Below, in pieces: positions 20,101-29,715 of a DNA stretch of 64,000 nucleotides (position 1 is its first letter; every line of letters begins with the position of its first letter). Location of the stretch: assembly GCA_965215605.1 (NCBI GenBank), contig OZ244070.1, positions 3,136,001 to 3,200,000 on the forward strand, written 5' to 3'. The position numbers were made by a program, and so were the translations under genes. The notes beneath the pieces were generated by a model. The model was not told where the DNA came from. It was given only the letters and a program-made list of their open reading frames with translations, and searched no databases. The stretch comes from an uncultured Candidatus Binatia bacterium. GTDB taxonomy: Bacteria > Desulfobacterota > Binatia > UBA9968 > JAJDTQ01.

Positions 20101-20489
20101 AGCGCGAGGATCATGGGGGCCGAGGAGCCGGCCGGCCGCGCGGGGTCCGAGAGTTGCGGGTATAGCTGCAGCGAGTTGATGAGATTGTTGCGGAGTTCCG
20201 GCCGTTGCCTCTCGACGGCCCGCGCGGCCCAGGAAAGGCTCCGGGAGGACAGGAAACGCAGCAGCGTCCGCCCCGTGACCAGCAGGACCGTGATGACGGA
20301 GAGTACGCTGAATGCCAGGGGAGCATAGGGCAGGAGCTCCTTGAGTGCGTCCACACCCATGCCCAGGGCCGCCAGTGCTGCCACCGCGGTGCCGGCAAGG
20401 CACAGCGACTCCAGGCCCTGCACCCTCCGTAGCCGGCTCACGAACCGCTGCAGGAAATCGTCTATTGGACGGTAGTCTTCTTCGTGCAT
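17199..20489 (-). CDS. DUF4175-like large membrane-anchored protein with Ig-like and coiled-coil regions
   Basis: N-terminal TMs with AARAVERQRPELRNNLINSLQL, PPHYTG, DDYGI..I.L and DNDTISGPK, a long Q/E/M helical region, and a C-terminal P..YK.QVERYFKEL. Confidence 0.75.
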   Translation of the reverse strand: MHEEDYRPIDDFLQRFVSRLRRVQGLESLCLAGTAVAALAALGMGVDALKELLPYAPLAFSVLSVITVLLVTGRTLLRFLSSRSLSWAARAVERQRPELRNNLINSLQLYPQLSDPARPAGSSAPMILALIRQTREQIRRIEPASLVDVGPLRAKARLLALAAAPVLALAMWQPDFPGRTLALVAHPLEHLPPADIFIHVATRDVRVIRGDAVPVQAATSGARPDRVELVFKPARSGKTAEAAETVGMDKVEDGRYAATLPEVSEDLVYQVVTGPFESPWYTITAVERPAVTGLEVTLYPPHYTGLADETFNSGNVRGVKGSTLSFSAAANKNVTHAVIALGDGREVPLKITGDTVQGSVVLFRSQPYRIRLEDAFGFENLPAPYEMVAVPDGFPLVELLKPTEDLEVNGDERLALEYRAGDDYGIREITLVAVVGEREERIPVWRDEAARTLQETFIWDLDTIRLEEGDVVVYHLEVLDNDTISGPKLVKSRPLSLRLKNLKAEHRQVAEMIRDIADKMVDLLGDHLEAPPDDTTEGDPAPRLAEGLDRMMQRVDEAMERTRTDRISDFATWADLETLKSNLEHARSELMEGMRQAVSPAEREQAHDAMATELERLSMLSEDVSRRLAGQEMAATARDMVKDQERFLDSLDKLRSGNKELDEVLKELSKLSLQLQELQASLMQFASQVPDQFVNPANLRDMPFSDMRSMMDQIRQKLREGDIEGAMQLARELFNQMAQLAASLRSGQQQAQGSMMSRMQEAMNRSSGELQQILQEQQEILLGTENTHKDNTREIDGQREQAVQRLAASAQVDRAVLAHLLAAPDLESDRARPPAERERNAAVRGLLSGLRDMTENRDFDALSKQLEPVTEELAEIGALDETQKAALAILAALAREYRAIEDLPYPELTPPQKGEVRELATREDVLAARTRDLVERLRHLFQLFPSLDPKIVNNIAEAGDFMGVAAHELGSLRPGQAIPPEQEAINRLSQSSQQMQQAMQRMAQRGRFGRVPLVRMFRRGRFLPSGQFLPPTGTPQFPDHDIDENLTGLDTEKFKLPGKDDYKPERFRQEVLESLKQGVPDRYKEQVERYFKELSQ

Positions 20490-20704
20490 GAGCGCCCTCG
20501 CGATGGTGGCCGTTGTGGGGCACCTCTCGGGGTCCGTGCCGTCCTGCTCATTCTAGAACTTTTTTTCGGATACACAAGGGCGCCGGACCCGTCGCGGGTG
20601 AGGCGGAAGCCGTCCGCGGCCAATCTGGCAACTCACCTGGGCTTGTGCTATGAACCATGCCTTGCCTGCACTCCCCATGGACCCCGTTGAAAGGACCCTG
20701 TTGA

Positions 20705-22285
20705 ATGGACCGCGACTTCACGGAAACGCCCCTCGTCTGTCACGAAGGACACGAAGACCACGACCATGACGCGCCTCTGCCCGACGAAGACCACCCCATG
20801 TGGCGGTCCGAGCGCATCTCGTTGACCTCCGTCGGCATCGATATCGGCTCGTCCACTTCCCATCTCATCTTCTCCCGATTGATCCTCCGCCGGCAGGGCA
20901 TCTCCCTGTCCAGCCGCTTCGTCGTGATCAAGCGGGAGGTCGTCTACGAGTCGCCGATCCTGCTTACGCCTTACGTCGACAAGCTGACCATCGATACGGA
21001 GAAGCTGAACGACTTCATACACGACGCCTACGCCCGCGCCGGCCTTACCCGGAGCGATATCGATACCGGCGCGCTGATCGTCACCGGCGAGGCCGCCAAG
21101 AAGAAGAACGCCGAGGCCATCGCGGCCTTGTTCGCGGAGGAGGCCGGCAAGTTCGTCTGCGCCACCGCCGGCCACAACCTCGAGGCGATCCTGGCCGCGT
21201 ACGGCTCGGGTGCGGTGGCGGCGTCGACCCGTGACGGCGAGGTCGTATGCATGAACGTGGACGTCGGCGGCGGCACCAGCAAGATTGCCATCACCCGCGG
21301 CGGACAGGTGGTGGACACCGCGGCGCTGGAGGTCGGCGCCCGTCTGGTGGCCATGGATGAGAGTCGGAAGATCAACCGGCTCGAGGATGCCGGCGCCCGG
21401 ATCGGTGAGGCCAGCGGGTTGTCGCTGGTCCTCGGCGCGAAGCTGGACGAGGGCGACAAGGAAAGGATGGCCGGCACGTTGAGCGGCTGTCTCCTGGAAG
21501 TGTTGGGCCGCGGACCTTTGTCTCCCTTGACCCAGGAGCTCATGCTGACGCCGGCGCTGTCCTATCGGGAGCCGATTCACTCCGTCCAGTTCTCCGGCGG
21601 AGTCTCGGAGTATGTCTACGGCTACGAGACCGCGGACAAGGGCGATCTGGGCAACCATGTGGGCCGGAAGATCCGCGACGGCGTCGTGGAGTTGGCGACC
21701 CGTGAATCGTGGGAGTTCAAGGAACCCGAGGTGCGCATCCGCGCCACGGTCATCGGCGCTTCCCAGTACACGGTGCAGGTGAGCGGCAACACCATCTTCC
21801 TTTCCGACGAGTCCCTGCTGCCGTTGCGCAATCTCCAGGTCATCACGCCGCGCTTCCGTCAGGCCGAGCCGCTGACCACGGAGGACGTCCGGAGTTCCGT
21901 CGAAAGCGCGCTGCAGCGGTTCGATATGGCCGACGGCGATCGCGGAGCCGCGCTGGCGCTCCACTGGGAGCTGGGGCCTTCCTATCCCCTCATCAAGACG
22001 CTGGCCACCGGAGTGGTGGAAGGCATGAGGGCGCATCTCCGCCAAGGCCGGCATCTCGTGCTGGTGTTCGATGCCGACATCGCCAAGTTGGTGGGTAACA
22101 TCATCGACAAGGAGATCCGTCCCGGCACCGGGGTCATCTCCATCGACGGCATCGACCTCAAGGATTTCGATTTCGTTGACATCGGCGAGGAGTTGCCGGA
22201 CGCCAAGGCCGTGCCGGTGGTGATCAAGTCGCTGATCTTCCGTCACGAGGAATGGGGCAGGGGGCGTTTGCTGGCCAACGGCTGA
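20705..22285 (+). CDS. eutA: EutA-like reactivating factor (actin/ASKHA-fold ATPase)
   Basis: SVGIDIGSSTSHLIFS, YESPILLTP, TGALIVTGE, FVCATAGHNLEA, NVDVGGGT, FSGGV, IRATVIGASQYT and VPVVIKSLIF motifs. Confidence 0.88.
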   Translation: MDRDFTETPLVCHEGHEDHDHDAPLPDEDHPMWRSERISLTSVGIDIGSSTSHLIFSRLILRRQGISLSSRFVVIKREVVYESPILLTPYVDKLTIDTEKLNDFIHDAYARAGLTRSDIDTGALIVTGEAAKKKNAEAIAALFAEEAGKFVCATAGHNLEAILAAYGSGAVAASTRDGEVVCMNVDVGGGTSKIAITRGGQVVDTAALEVGARLVAMDESRKINRLEDAGARIGEASGLSLVLGAKLDEGDKERMAGTLSGCLLEVLGRGPLSPLTQELMLTPALSYREPIHSVQFSGGVSEYVYGYETADKGDLGNHVGRKIRDGVVELATRESWEFKEPEVRIRATVIGASQYTVQVSGNTIFLSDESLLPLRNLQVITPRFRQAEPLTTEDVRSSVESALQRFDMADGDRGAALALHWELGPSYPLIKTLATGVVEGMRAHLRQGRHLVLVFDADIAKLVGNIIDKEIRPGTGVISIDGIDLKDFDFVDIGEELPDAKAVPVVIKSLIFRHEEWGRGRLLANG

Positions 22286-22373
22286 CGGGTGGCACGCACC
22301 TCGCGGTCAGTGAACGGACTGTTGGGAGTGGAGGGGCCGGTCAAGCCTGGCCCGACCCCAGCCGCGGACGCGA

Positions 22374-23027
22374 CTAGTGCGCCACTTGGGCCATCGCCAT
22401 GGTAATGGACACTTCGATCTCGGCGATGACGCTGCCGACCTCGCGGCCGATGAGGTCCATGACGCGGAGTTGCTCGATGCGGGGACGGACCCGCTCCATC
22501 TCCCGTTCCGAGAAGATGTCGCCCAGAATGTCGCAGGCGTCCACCAGGCAGACTAGCGCGATGTCCCGCGGGTCGGGCATGTCGTCGGACAACAGCACGT
22601 CCTCCATGCGCAGCTTCACGGCCCGTTCCGTGCGTCCGTCGATGGTGGGATAGCGGCGGGAATGGAACACCCACAGGAACTTCTCGTCCTTGGACTCGAG
22701 AATGCCGTGCTCGATGAGGTTGTTCATGGCCCGCTGGCGGATATCGCCGGCCTGCTCTCTGGCCAGCAGCTCCACCCACCCCTTGGTATCCAGGGTCGCT
22801 TCCGACCGTGTGATGCGCCCGAGTGCCCCGTCGAGCAGCGGGTTGCCGGTCGGTGTCGGGTCGATCACCTGGAGCTTCTCGGGATCGGTGTCGATGCGGT
22901 TGGCGAAGGCGAGGTCCATCAGCACGGCGCCCACCAGGACCTGCTCCACGGCTCCGCCCCGGACCGGCAGGAACAGGCCGTCGTCGTCGAGCATTAGCAG
23001 CAGGATTTCTTCGGTGAATGTAAGCAT
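22374..23027 (-). CDS. GPP34 / GOLPH3-Vps74 family protein
   Basis: MLTFTEEILLLMLDD, GAVLMDLAFANRI, PTGNPLLD.AL and L.EHGIL....KFLWVF..RRYP motifs. Confidence 0.82.
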   Translation of the reverse strand: MLTFTEEILLLMLDDDGLFLPVRGGAVEQVLVGAVLMDLAFANRIDTDPEKLQVIDPTPTGNPLLDGALGRITRSEATLDTKGWVELLAREQAGDIRQRAMNNLIEHGILESKDEKFLWVFHSRRYPTIDGRTERAVKLRMEDVLLSDDMPDPRDIALVCLVDACDILGDIFSEREMERVRPRIEQLRVMDLIGREVGSVIAEIEVSITMAMAQVAH

Positions 23028-23040
23028 GGCGCCGCCTCAC

Positions 23041-23373
23041 CTATTCCGCCGCCAGGGCGGCATCACGGGTTTCGTGGTACTCGAGCATGTTGAGAAATCC
23101 GCTGACCTCCATGACCGACTTGCATGAAGGCTGCAGCGCGCATACGGCCAGCTTGCCGCCTTCCTTCTGGCACTTCTTGGCGCTGACGAGAACCACCCGC
23201 AAGCCCGCGCTGCTGATGTATTCCATGTTCTGGCAGTCCAGCAGCACGCGGTGGTCGCCACGTTCGATGATATCCGAGATTCGTTTCTCGAGCTCGGGGC
23301 TGGTGAAGCCGTCAACCCTCCCGCTCGGCGTCACCACGACGAGCGATCCCCGTGTTTCCTCTTGAATGTCCAT
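23041..23373 (-). CDS. STAS-domain anti-sigma factor antagonist
   Basis: GRVDGFTSPEL and LLDCQNMEYISSAGLRV with the conserved phospho-acceptor Ser; 110 aa. Confidence 0.92.
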   Translation of the reverse strand: MDIQEETRGSLVVVTPSGRVDGFTSPELEKRISDIIERGDHRVLLDCQNMEYISSAGLRVVLVSAKKCQKEGGKLAVCALQPSCKSVMEVSGFLNMLEYHETRDAALAAE

Positions 23374-23595
23374 TCGACACCTTTTCCCTGGTTCCGAAAG
23401 ATCCTGTCCGAAAGACTCTGCGAACAGACGGCGCTACGCCTCTGTCGTCAATTCATCCATCCATACCACCGCGCCACCGCGGCCCAACCGTATCACAGCG
23501 GCCGGACGCGGGCAACAAAACCTCGGGGCTGCGTTGTCGCCGTTTGCGAATCATGTTTCCACGCGCGGTGAACGGGCCGGGGCGAGCTCGCCCCG

Positions 23596-25164
23596 CTACT
23601 TCTTCCCGGGCTCGAATCCTCCCTGCTCGTGGTACACGACCTTCTTGTCTTCCTCGAAGGCCCGGACCGTGGGAATCGTTCCCCGGAGCCCGAGCTCCTT
23701 CCAGCGGCCCGCCACCTGGTCGTACATCTCCCGGCTCAACGTGGTTCTCTTGGAGAACACCGGCAGGTAGCGGTGCTCCTTGCAGGCGTTGATCAGCGCC
23801 TTGGAGCCGTAGGGCCGCTCTTCCGGGGGGTTCTGGGTGGGATCCAGCCAGGTGCTCCAGGTGTTGCGCAGGATGTCGATGTCCTCGATGGGATGGCAGC
23901 GGCTGCTCATGGCCCAGATCACCTGGTCCATGTCCGTGGGATCGATGTCCTCGTCCACGGCGATGATCCACTTGGTGTAGTAGGCGCCGCCGGGCACCTG
24001 GGCCGCCAGGGCAAGGCACTGGGCCGCGTGGCCGGCGTAGCGCTGTTCCAGGCTGATGACCGTCATGCCGAAGCCGCCGGCCCCGGCCGGGTGCGCGTAG
24101 ACGCCCTGGACGCCGGGGATGCCGAGCTTGTCCAGGTCGTCCCAGATGCGCGCCGAACGGATGACGGCGAAGAAACCGCTCTGCTCGCAGGACGGGTAGT
24201 CGGCCATGATGGCGTTGGTGAGCACCGGGTTGGTGCGGTAGTGCACCCGGGTGATGTCCACCAGCGGGCAGCCCGCCTCCGGCCTGCCGTAGTAGCCGGG
24301 AAACTCTCCGAAGGGGCCCTCGGTCTTCACCGAATTGGGGTGAATCACCCCCTCGACCACGAGCTCGGCGTTGGCCGGCAGCAGCAGGTCGCTGGTCTGG
24401 GCGCGCACCACCGGGATCGCCTCGCCCTTGATGCCGCCGGCGAACTCGTACTCCGACACGTTCTTGGGGAAGGTCTGGGAACCCACCAGCATGAACAGCG
24501 GGTCGATGCCCCAGGCCGCGGCCACGGGCACGGACTTGCCTTGTTCCCAAGAGCGGGTGATGTGAAGCCGCGCGTCCTTGCCCGGCGACAGGTAGAGACC
24601 CACCTGATTCTTGCCCTGGAGCATCATGCGGTATGTGCCGACGTTCAGGTATCCGGAATCCGGGTCGCGGGTAAAGACCGCGTCCGCGGTGCCCGCGTAA
24701 CGGCCTCCGTCCAGCGGCCAGTGCCTGGGAATGGGCAACTGCTCCAGGTCGATGTCCGCTCCGGCGAGCGTGTTCTCGAACACCGGGGCTTCGGTCTCCG
24801 GCACTTCCCGCGGCGGGATCCGGTCCTTCATCTTCTCCTTGAGCCGCCGGATGAGCTCGAGCGTCGGCGTTTCCGGCGGCTCCTCGATGGTGAGGGCGAT
24901 GCGCTTCGAGCTGGGCCCCAGGATGTTCCACAGCATCCGGGCGCCGATGGGGCTGTCTTCATACCCCTTGGGGTTGTCGAAGAGGATGGCCGGGGACGGG
25001 TCCTGCTTGGCCACCAGATAGGTGATGGCGCTCATCTCCTCGTCCCGGTCCACCGGCTTGTCGATCTGAATCAGCTCGTTGATGCCTTCCGCGCGGTCCA
25101 GCCATTCGCGGATGTCCTGAATCGGGCGGCCCGCGGCCGGCGCTGGCCTGTTCGCCTCAGCCAT
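23596..25164 (-). CDS. UbiD-family prFMN-dependent (de)carboxylase
   Basis: DGGRYAGT, NVGTYR, ELVVEG, EGPFGEFPGYY, KWIIAVDEDIDP and LDP motifs. Confidence 0.92.
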   Translation of the reverse strand: MAEANRPAPAAGRPIQDIREWLDRAEGINELIQIDKPVDRDEEMSAITYLVAKQDPSPAILFDNPKGYEDSPIGARMLWNILGPSSKRIALTIEEPPETPTLELIRRLKEKMKDRIPPREVPETEAPVFENTLAGADIDLEQLPIPRHWPLDGGRYAGTADAVFTRDPDSGYLNVGTYRMMLQGKNQVGLYLSPGKDARLHITRSWEQGKSVPVAAAWGIDPLFMLVGSQTFPKNVSEYEFAGGIKGEAIPVVRAQTSDLLLPANAELVVEGVIHPNSVKTEGPFGEFPGYYGRPEAGCPLVDITRVHYRTNPVLTNAIMADYPSCEQSGFFAVIRSARIWDDLDKLGIPGVQGVYAHPAGAGGFGMTVISLEQRYAGHAAQCLALAAQVPGGAYYTKWIIAVDEDIDPTDMDQVIWAMSSRCHPIEDIDILRNTWSTWLDPTQNPPEERPYGSKALINACKEHRYLPVFSKRTTLSREMYDQVAGRWKELGLRGTIPTVRAFEEDKKVVYHEQGGFEPGKK

Positions 25165-25227
25165 GCTTCACCTTCCTTGTCGTGTGATGTTTCAGGCGGC
25201 CCGCGTCGCCGGCCGCCCGTGGGACGA

Positions 25228-25995
25228 TTAATCTTCTTTCAGTTCGTCCGGCATGAGGCCGGTGAAATACGCGAACGCGTGATGGGCGCGCCCGCGGTTG
25301 GTGGCCGCCATGATGGCGGTGTTGCGGCCCGGCATGGATGCCGCTTGTCCGATGGTGCTGGCCACCCACTGAATTTGAGCCGTCCGCTCCAGGTAGACGG
25401 CGTGAGAGGCGGCCTGCTCGACGCTGTCGCCCACCGTGGTGATGCCGTGTCCCTGCATCAGCAGCGCCATGCAGTCGCCCAGCGTCGCCGCGACCTCGAT
25501 GCCGTCCTGGACCGTGTAGATCAGCCGGGGGCTGTGGAAGATGGGCGTCTCGGGGGCGAAGGCCGCGGCCTGGTTGTAGATGGGCCGGATCGGCACGCCT
25601 GCGACGGCGAACGCCGTGGCCAGCGGCTGGTGCGTGTGGACCACCGAGTTGACGTCCGGCCGGGACTCCATGATGGCAGCGTGGATCATGGTCTCCCGGG
25701 GCGGCACCTTGAGCTTGATCACCGCCTTCTGGTCGCCCGCCTTGGCCCAGTTGGCCTCGCAGTTCTTCTTGTAGTCGTCGATGTCCACTTCCATGATGTC
25801 TTTGCTCTTGATGGAGCCCAGGGGCGCCAGCACCGGCTTGATCAGCAGCCGGTTGGTGCCGGGAATCCTGGCGCTGACGTGGCCGTGGTAGTCGGCAAGG
25901 CCTTGATGAAAGAGCATGCGTGTGGCCAGGGCGACGGTCTTCCTGAGCCGTCCGAGCTCGCGCGCGCCGGGTCTGCCTTTCTGGGACTTGGCCAT
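25228..25995 (-). CDS. Class II aldolase/adducin family protein
   Basis: GHVSAR, PPRETMIHAAI..RPDVNSVVHTH and LLMQGHG metal-binding motifs; GAGGAGG RBS. Confidence 0.88.
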   Translation of the reverse strand: MAKSQKGRPGARELGRLRKTVALATRMLFHQGLADYHGHVSARIPGTNRLLIKPVLAPLGSIKSKDIMEVDIDDYKKNCEANWAKAGDQKAVIKLKVPPRETMIHAAIMESRPDVNSVVHTHQPLATAFAVAGVPIRPIYNQAAAFAPETPIFHSPRLIYTVQDGIEVAATLGDCMALLMQGHGITTVGDSVEQAASHAVYLERTAQIQWVASTIGQAASMPGRNTAIMAATNRGRAHHAFAYFTGLMPDELKED

Positions 25996-26315
25996 GGAGG
26001 TTCCTCCTCGATAACGCCGAACCAAGCCCCGCGCCGGGATTCGTTGCTCACACGGATGAACGGAAGGCGGAACGCTTCTTCAGCGGGAATGGGAACGAGC
26101 GGAAAGCCCGTTGGAATCGGGGTTTTCATAGCACACGGGACCTCGTGAATCCAGCCGTTCCCGTAGACTCCCGGAGCGGCTTTGTGTTACAAATGCTTCG
26201 GGAGGGATTTGAGAAGGGACGATCCTCCTGGCTCCCGCCTCATCGGCACCCAATTCCCCATATGACCGTTTCGGCGCTCCGGAAGTCGCTCGCCGGCAAG
26301 TGAGGGACGAAGTTC

Positions 26316-29225
26316 ATGGATTACAAAGACACGCTGAACCTTCCCAAGACCACGTTCCCGATGCGCGGCAACCTGCCGCAGAAGGAGCCGTCGTGGGTGG
26401 AGAAGTGGGAGCGTGAGGCCCTTCACGAGAAGATGGTGGAGGCTCGCCGGGGCGCTCCCAAGTTCATCCTGCACGACGGTCCGCCGTACGCCAACGAGCG
26501 CATCCACATCGGGCATGCGCTCAACAAGGTCCTCAAGGACATCATCGTCAAGTACAAGAGCATGCGGGGCTACTGCGCGCCCTACATCCCGGGCTGGGAC
26601 TGCCACGGACTCCCCATCGAGCTCCAGGTGGAGAAGAGCCTGGGCCGGGAGAAGAAGAACCGGCTCAGCAAGGTAGAGGTCCGCAAGCTGTGCCGTGCCC
26701 ACGCGGAGAAGTTCATCGGGGTCCAGCGGGAAGAGTTCAAGCGGCTGGGCGTGCTGGGCCGTTGGGCGGAGCCGTACCGGACCATCGACTTCGAGTACGA
26801 GGCCGCCGAGGTCCGCGAGCTCGGCAGGTTCATGGCCAGCGGTTCCATGTACCGGAGCAAGAAGCCGGTCTACTGGTGCGCTTCCTGCGCCACCGCGCTG
26901 GCGGAAGCCGAGGTGGAGTACGACAACCAGCGGACCCCGTCGGTCTACGTGAAGTTCCCGATCAAGGACGCCAAGGGGAAGCTGCCGGACGATGCGGACG
27001 GCGCCTTCGCCATCTGGACGACCACGCCCTGGACGCTGCCGGCGAACCAGGCCATCGCCCTGCACCCACGGATGCGGTACCGCCGCGTGCGAACGCCCGC
27101 GGGCGTGCTGGTGGCGGCGGAGGAGTTGCTGTCGTCGCTGATGCAGGACTTCGGGTATGAGAGCGGAGATTTCGAGGTGCTGGAGGGTTCCTGGTCCGGG
27201 GCCGATCTCGAGGGCATCGTCTGCTCGCATGCTTGGCTCCATCGGGACGTCCTCGTCATCCTCGGAGAGTTCGTCACCGCGGACCAGGGCACCGGCTGTG
27301 TCCACGTGGCGCCGGGACACGGGCACGAGGACTTCGAGGCGGGCCAGCGCTACGGCCTCGACGCCTATGCGCCGGTGGACGGGAAGGGAAGGTTCACCGC
27401 GGAGGCGGAGGAGTTCGCGGGCCAGATGGTCTTCGACGCCAACCCGCGGATCGTCGCCAGGCTGGAACAAGAGAAGAGTTTGCTCGGCTCCCGGGACATC
27501 GACCACAGCTACCCGCACTGCTGGCGCTGCAAACAGCCGGTGCTTTTTCGCGCCACGGAGCAGTGGTTCATTTCCATGGTTCACACGGGCTTGCGGCAAG
27601 GCTCCCTCGACGCCATCGGGCGGGTGCAATGGATTCCGCCCTGGGGGCAGGACCGCATCACCGGCATGATGGCCAACCGGCCGGACTGGTGCATCTCACG
27701 GCAGCGTTCCTGGGGCGTGCCCATTCCCGTGCTGTACTGCGCGGACTGCGGCGAGACGCACTTGAGCGAGGCCTTGTGCGAGCACGTGGCCGGGCTGTTC
27801 GAACAGGAAGGATCCGACGCCTGGTTCCTGAGGCCGCCGGACGAGCTGGCTCCTGCGGGTTTCCGCTGCCAGGCCTGCGGCTCCGCGCGGTTCTCCAAGG
27901 AAGAGGACATCCTGGACGTCTGGTTCGACTCGGGCGTGAGCCATGCCGCGGTGGTAGAGCGCCATCCCGAGCTCGGCGGCAGGGCGGACCTCTACCTCGA
28001 GGGCAGCGACCAGCACCGCGGCTGGTTCCACACCTCGCTGCTGACGTCGGTGGCGAACCGGGGCCGGGCGCCCTACGACGGCGTTCTCACCCACGGGTTC
28101 GTGCTGGACGGCAAGGGACACAAGATGTCCAAGTCCCTGGGCAACGTCACCGCGCCGCAGGAAATCATCAAGAAGTTCGGCGCCGACATCATCCGGCTCT
28201 GGGTGGCGGCCGAGGACTACCGGGACGACGTCCGCATCTCCGACGAGATCCTGAAGCGGCTGGTGGAGTCGTACCGGCGGCTGCGGAACACCGCCCGTTT
28301 TCTCCTCGGCAACCTCCACGACTTCGACCCTGGCGCCGACGCGGTGAGCCCCGATGCCCTGGAGCCCCTGGACCGCTGGATACTCGACCGCAACCAGCGA
28401 CTGCTCGAGCGCTGTCTCGAAGCCTTCGACAAGTTCGAATTCCACTTCGTCTATCACGCGTTGAACAACTACTGCAGCGTGGACCTGAGCTCCCTCTACC
28501 TGGACATGGTCAAGGACCGGCTCTACTGCGAGGGACCCGGATCCGCCGGCCGGAGATCGGCGCAGACCGCGCTCCACGGCATCCTGCAGACCCTGGTCCA
28601 CCTGATGGCGCCGATCATTTCCTTCACCGCCGAGGAGATCTGGGAGCACGTGCCCGGCGCGGCGACCCGCCCGGACAGCGTCCTGCTCTCGCTCATGCCC
28701 GAACCGGACGAAAGGCTGTCGGCTCCGGTTGTGGCGGCGGAGTGGGGGCTGCGCCTGGAACTGCGCGGGGAGGTGCTCAAGGCGCTGGAAGTGGCGCGTC
28801 AGTGCGGCGCCATCGGCCATTCGCTGGACGCCCGGGTGGCGCTCTATCCGGATGCCTACGGGAAGGCTCCGGCGATTCAGGAGTTGTTGCGCGCCGGCGC
28901 GCCGATGCCGTGGGAAGACATCTTCATTGTCTCGCAGGTATCGGTGGTCCCGGGGGAGCCGTCGGGCGGCCTCGTCTACCCGGAGCGCGACGCGGGAGGC
29001 GCTGCCGGCGCCAGGGACGGCGACGCCGCGCCCGGGCAGGGCACCGGCTACGAGAGCACGGCCCTGGGCGGACCCGTGGCGGTCTATCCGGCCGACGGCG
29101 GGAAGTGCGAGCGGTGCTGGAAGTATCACCCGGGCGTGGGAGGGGACGCCGTCCATCCGGGGGTCTGTCCCCGTTGCGCGGAGGTGTTGCGATCTTTACC
29201 GCAGGCCGAAAACGCGCACGCATAA
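26316..29225 (+). CDS. ileS: Isoleucine--tRNA ligase (type 1)
   Basis: [43 protein letters not shown] and a C-terminal CERC..CPRC zinc finger. Confidence 0.98.
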   Translation: MDYKDTLNLPKTTFPMRGNLPQKEPSWVEKWEREALHEKMVEARRGAPKFILHDGPPYANERIHIGHALNKVLKDIIVKYKSMRGYCAPYIPGWDCHGLPIELQVEKSLGREKKNRLSKVEVRKLCRAHAEKFIGVQREEFKRLGVLGRWAEPYRTIDFEYEAAEVRELGRFMASGSMYRSKKPVYWCASCATALAEAEVEYDNQRTPSVYVKFPIKDAKGKLPDDADGAFAIWTTTPWTLPANQAIALHPRMRYRRVRTPAGVLVAAEELLSSLMQDFGYESGDFEVLEGSWSGADLEGIVCSHAWLHRDVLVILGEFVTADQGTGCVHVAPGHGHEDFEAGQRYGLDAYAPVDGKGRFTAEAEEFAGQMVFDANPRIVARLEQEKSLLGSRDIDHSYPHCWRCKQPVLFRATEQWFISMVHTGLRQGSLDAIGRVQWIPPWGQDRITGMMANRPDWCISRQRSWGVPIPVLYCADCGETHLSEALCEHVAGLFEQEGSDAWFLRPPDELAPAGFRCQACGSARFSKEEDILDVWFDSGVSHAAVVERHPELGGRADLYLEGSDQHRGWFHTSLLTSVANRGRAPYDGVLTHGFVLDGKGHKMSKSLGNVTAPQEIIKKFGADIIRLWVAAEDYRDDVRISDEILKRLVESYRRLRNTARFLLGNLHDFDPGADAVSPDALEPLDRWILDRNQRLLERCLEAFDKFEFHFVYHALNNYCSVDLSSLYLDMVKDRLYCEGPGSAGRRSAQTALHGILQTLVHLMAPIISFTAEEIWEHVPGAATRPDSVLLSLMPEPDERLSAPVVAAEWGLRLELRGEVLKALEVARQCGAIGHSLDARVALYPDAYGKAPAIQELLRAGAPMPWEDIFIVSQVSVVPGEPSGGLVYPERDAGGAAGARDGDAAPGQGTGYESTALGGPVAVYPADGGKCERCWKYHPGVGGDAVHPGVCPRCAEVLRSLPQAENAHA

Positions 29226-29704
29226 TCGTTCTGCTGGCCGTGATCCTGCTGCTCGACCAGGGCACCAAGCTGCTCGTTGACCATACGATCCCGCGGCATC
29301 GCTCGATTCCCGTCATCGAGGGCTGGATGGACCTGACCCATGTCCGCAACACCGGCGCCGCGTTCGGGTTGCTGGCGGGTCAGCGCCGGGCCCTCGCTTC
29401 CTACTTCCTGATCGCCTTCTCGCTGGTGGCCATCGGTTTCGTCGTCCACCTGCTTCGCCGCCTTTCGGAGACGGACACCGGCCTCATCCTCTCGTTGACG
29501 TTCATCCTGGCAGGGGCCTTGGGCAACCTGGTGGACCGCCTGTTCTACGGCGAGGTGATCGATTTTGTCGACGTCTACTGGAATGCCTACCACTGGCCGG
29601 CGTTCAACGTAGCGGACAGCTTCATTACCGTCGGCGGCGTGTTGTGTTTCTACTTTCTCATGCGAACCAAGGGCCGGGACCCGTTCTCCCGGGACGCTGA
29701 CTGA
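29174..29704 (+). CDS. lspA: Lipoprotein signal peptidase II
   Basis: [25 protein letters not shown] and WPAFNVADS motifs, in the conserved position after ileS. The start is uncertain (TTG 29174 or GTG 29240). Confidence 0.93.
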   Translation: MRGGVAIFTAGRKRARIIVLLAVILLLDQGTKLLVDHTIPRHRSIPVIEGWMDLTHVRNTGAAFGLLAGQRRALASYFLIAFSLVAIGFVVHLLRRLSETDTGLILSLTFILAGALGNLVDRLFYGEVIDFVDVYWNAYHWPAFNVADSFITVGGVLCFYFLMRTKGRDPFSRDAD

Positions 29705-29715
29705 CCCCGGTACCG

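Noticed and set aside
15912-20165. 1417-aa plus-strand ORF and similar long ORFs (3470-5779, 23629-26148, 37193-39511, 43869-46487, 53404-56904)
   Set aside because: They are antisense shadows of well-supported genes, expected in high-GC DNA, and carry no recognisable motifs.
22290-22304. sigma54-like TGGCACG-N4-TCGC motif
   Set aside because: It lies just after the eutA stop and points into the 3' end of a convergent gene, with an imperfect -12 box, so it is probably chance.
25996-26315. Possible T-box or other riboswitch upstream of ileS
   Set aside because: No GGTGGNACC T-box motif or terminator/antiterminator pair was found.
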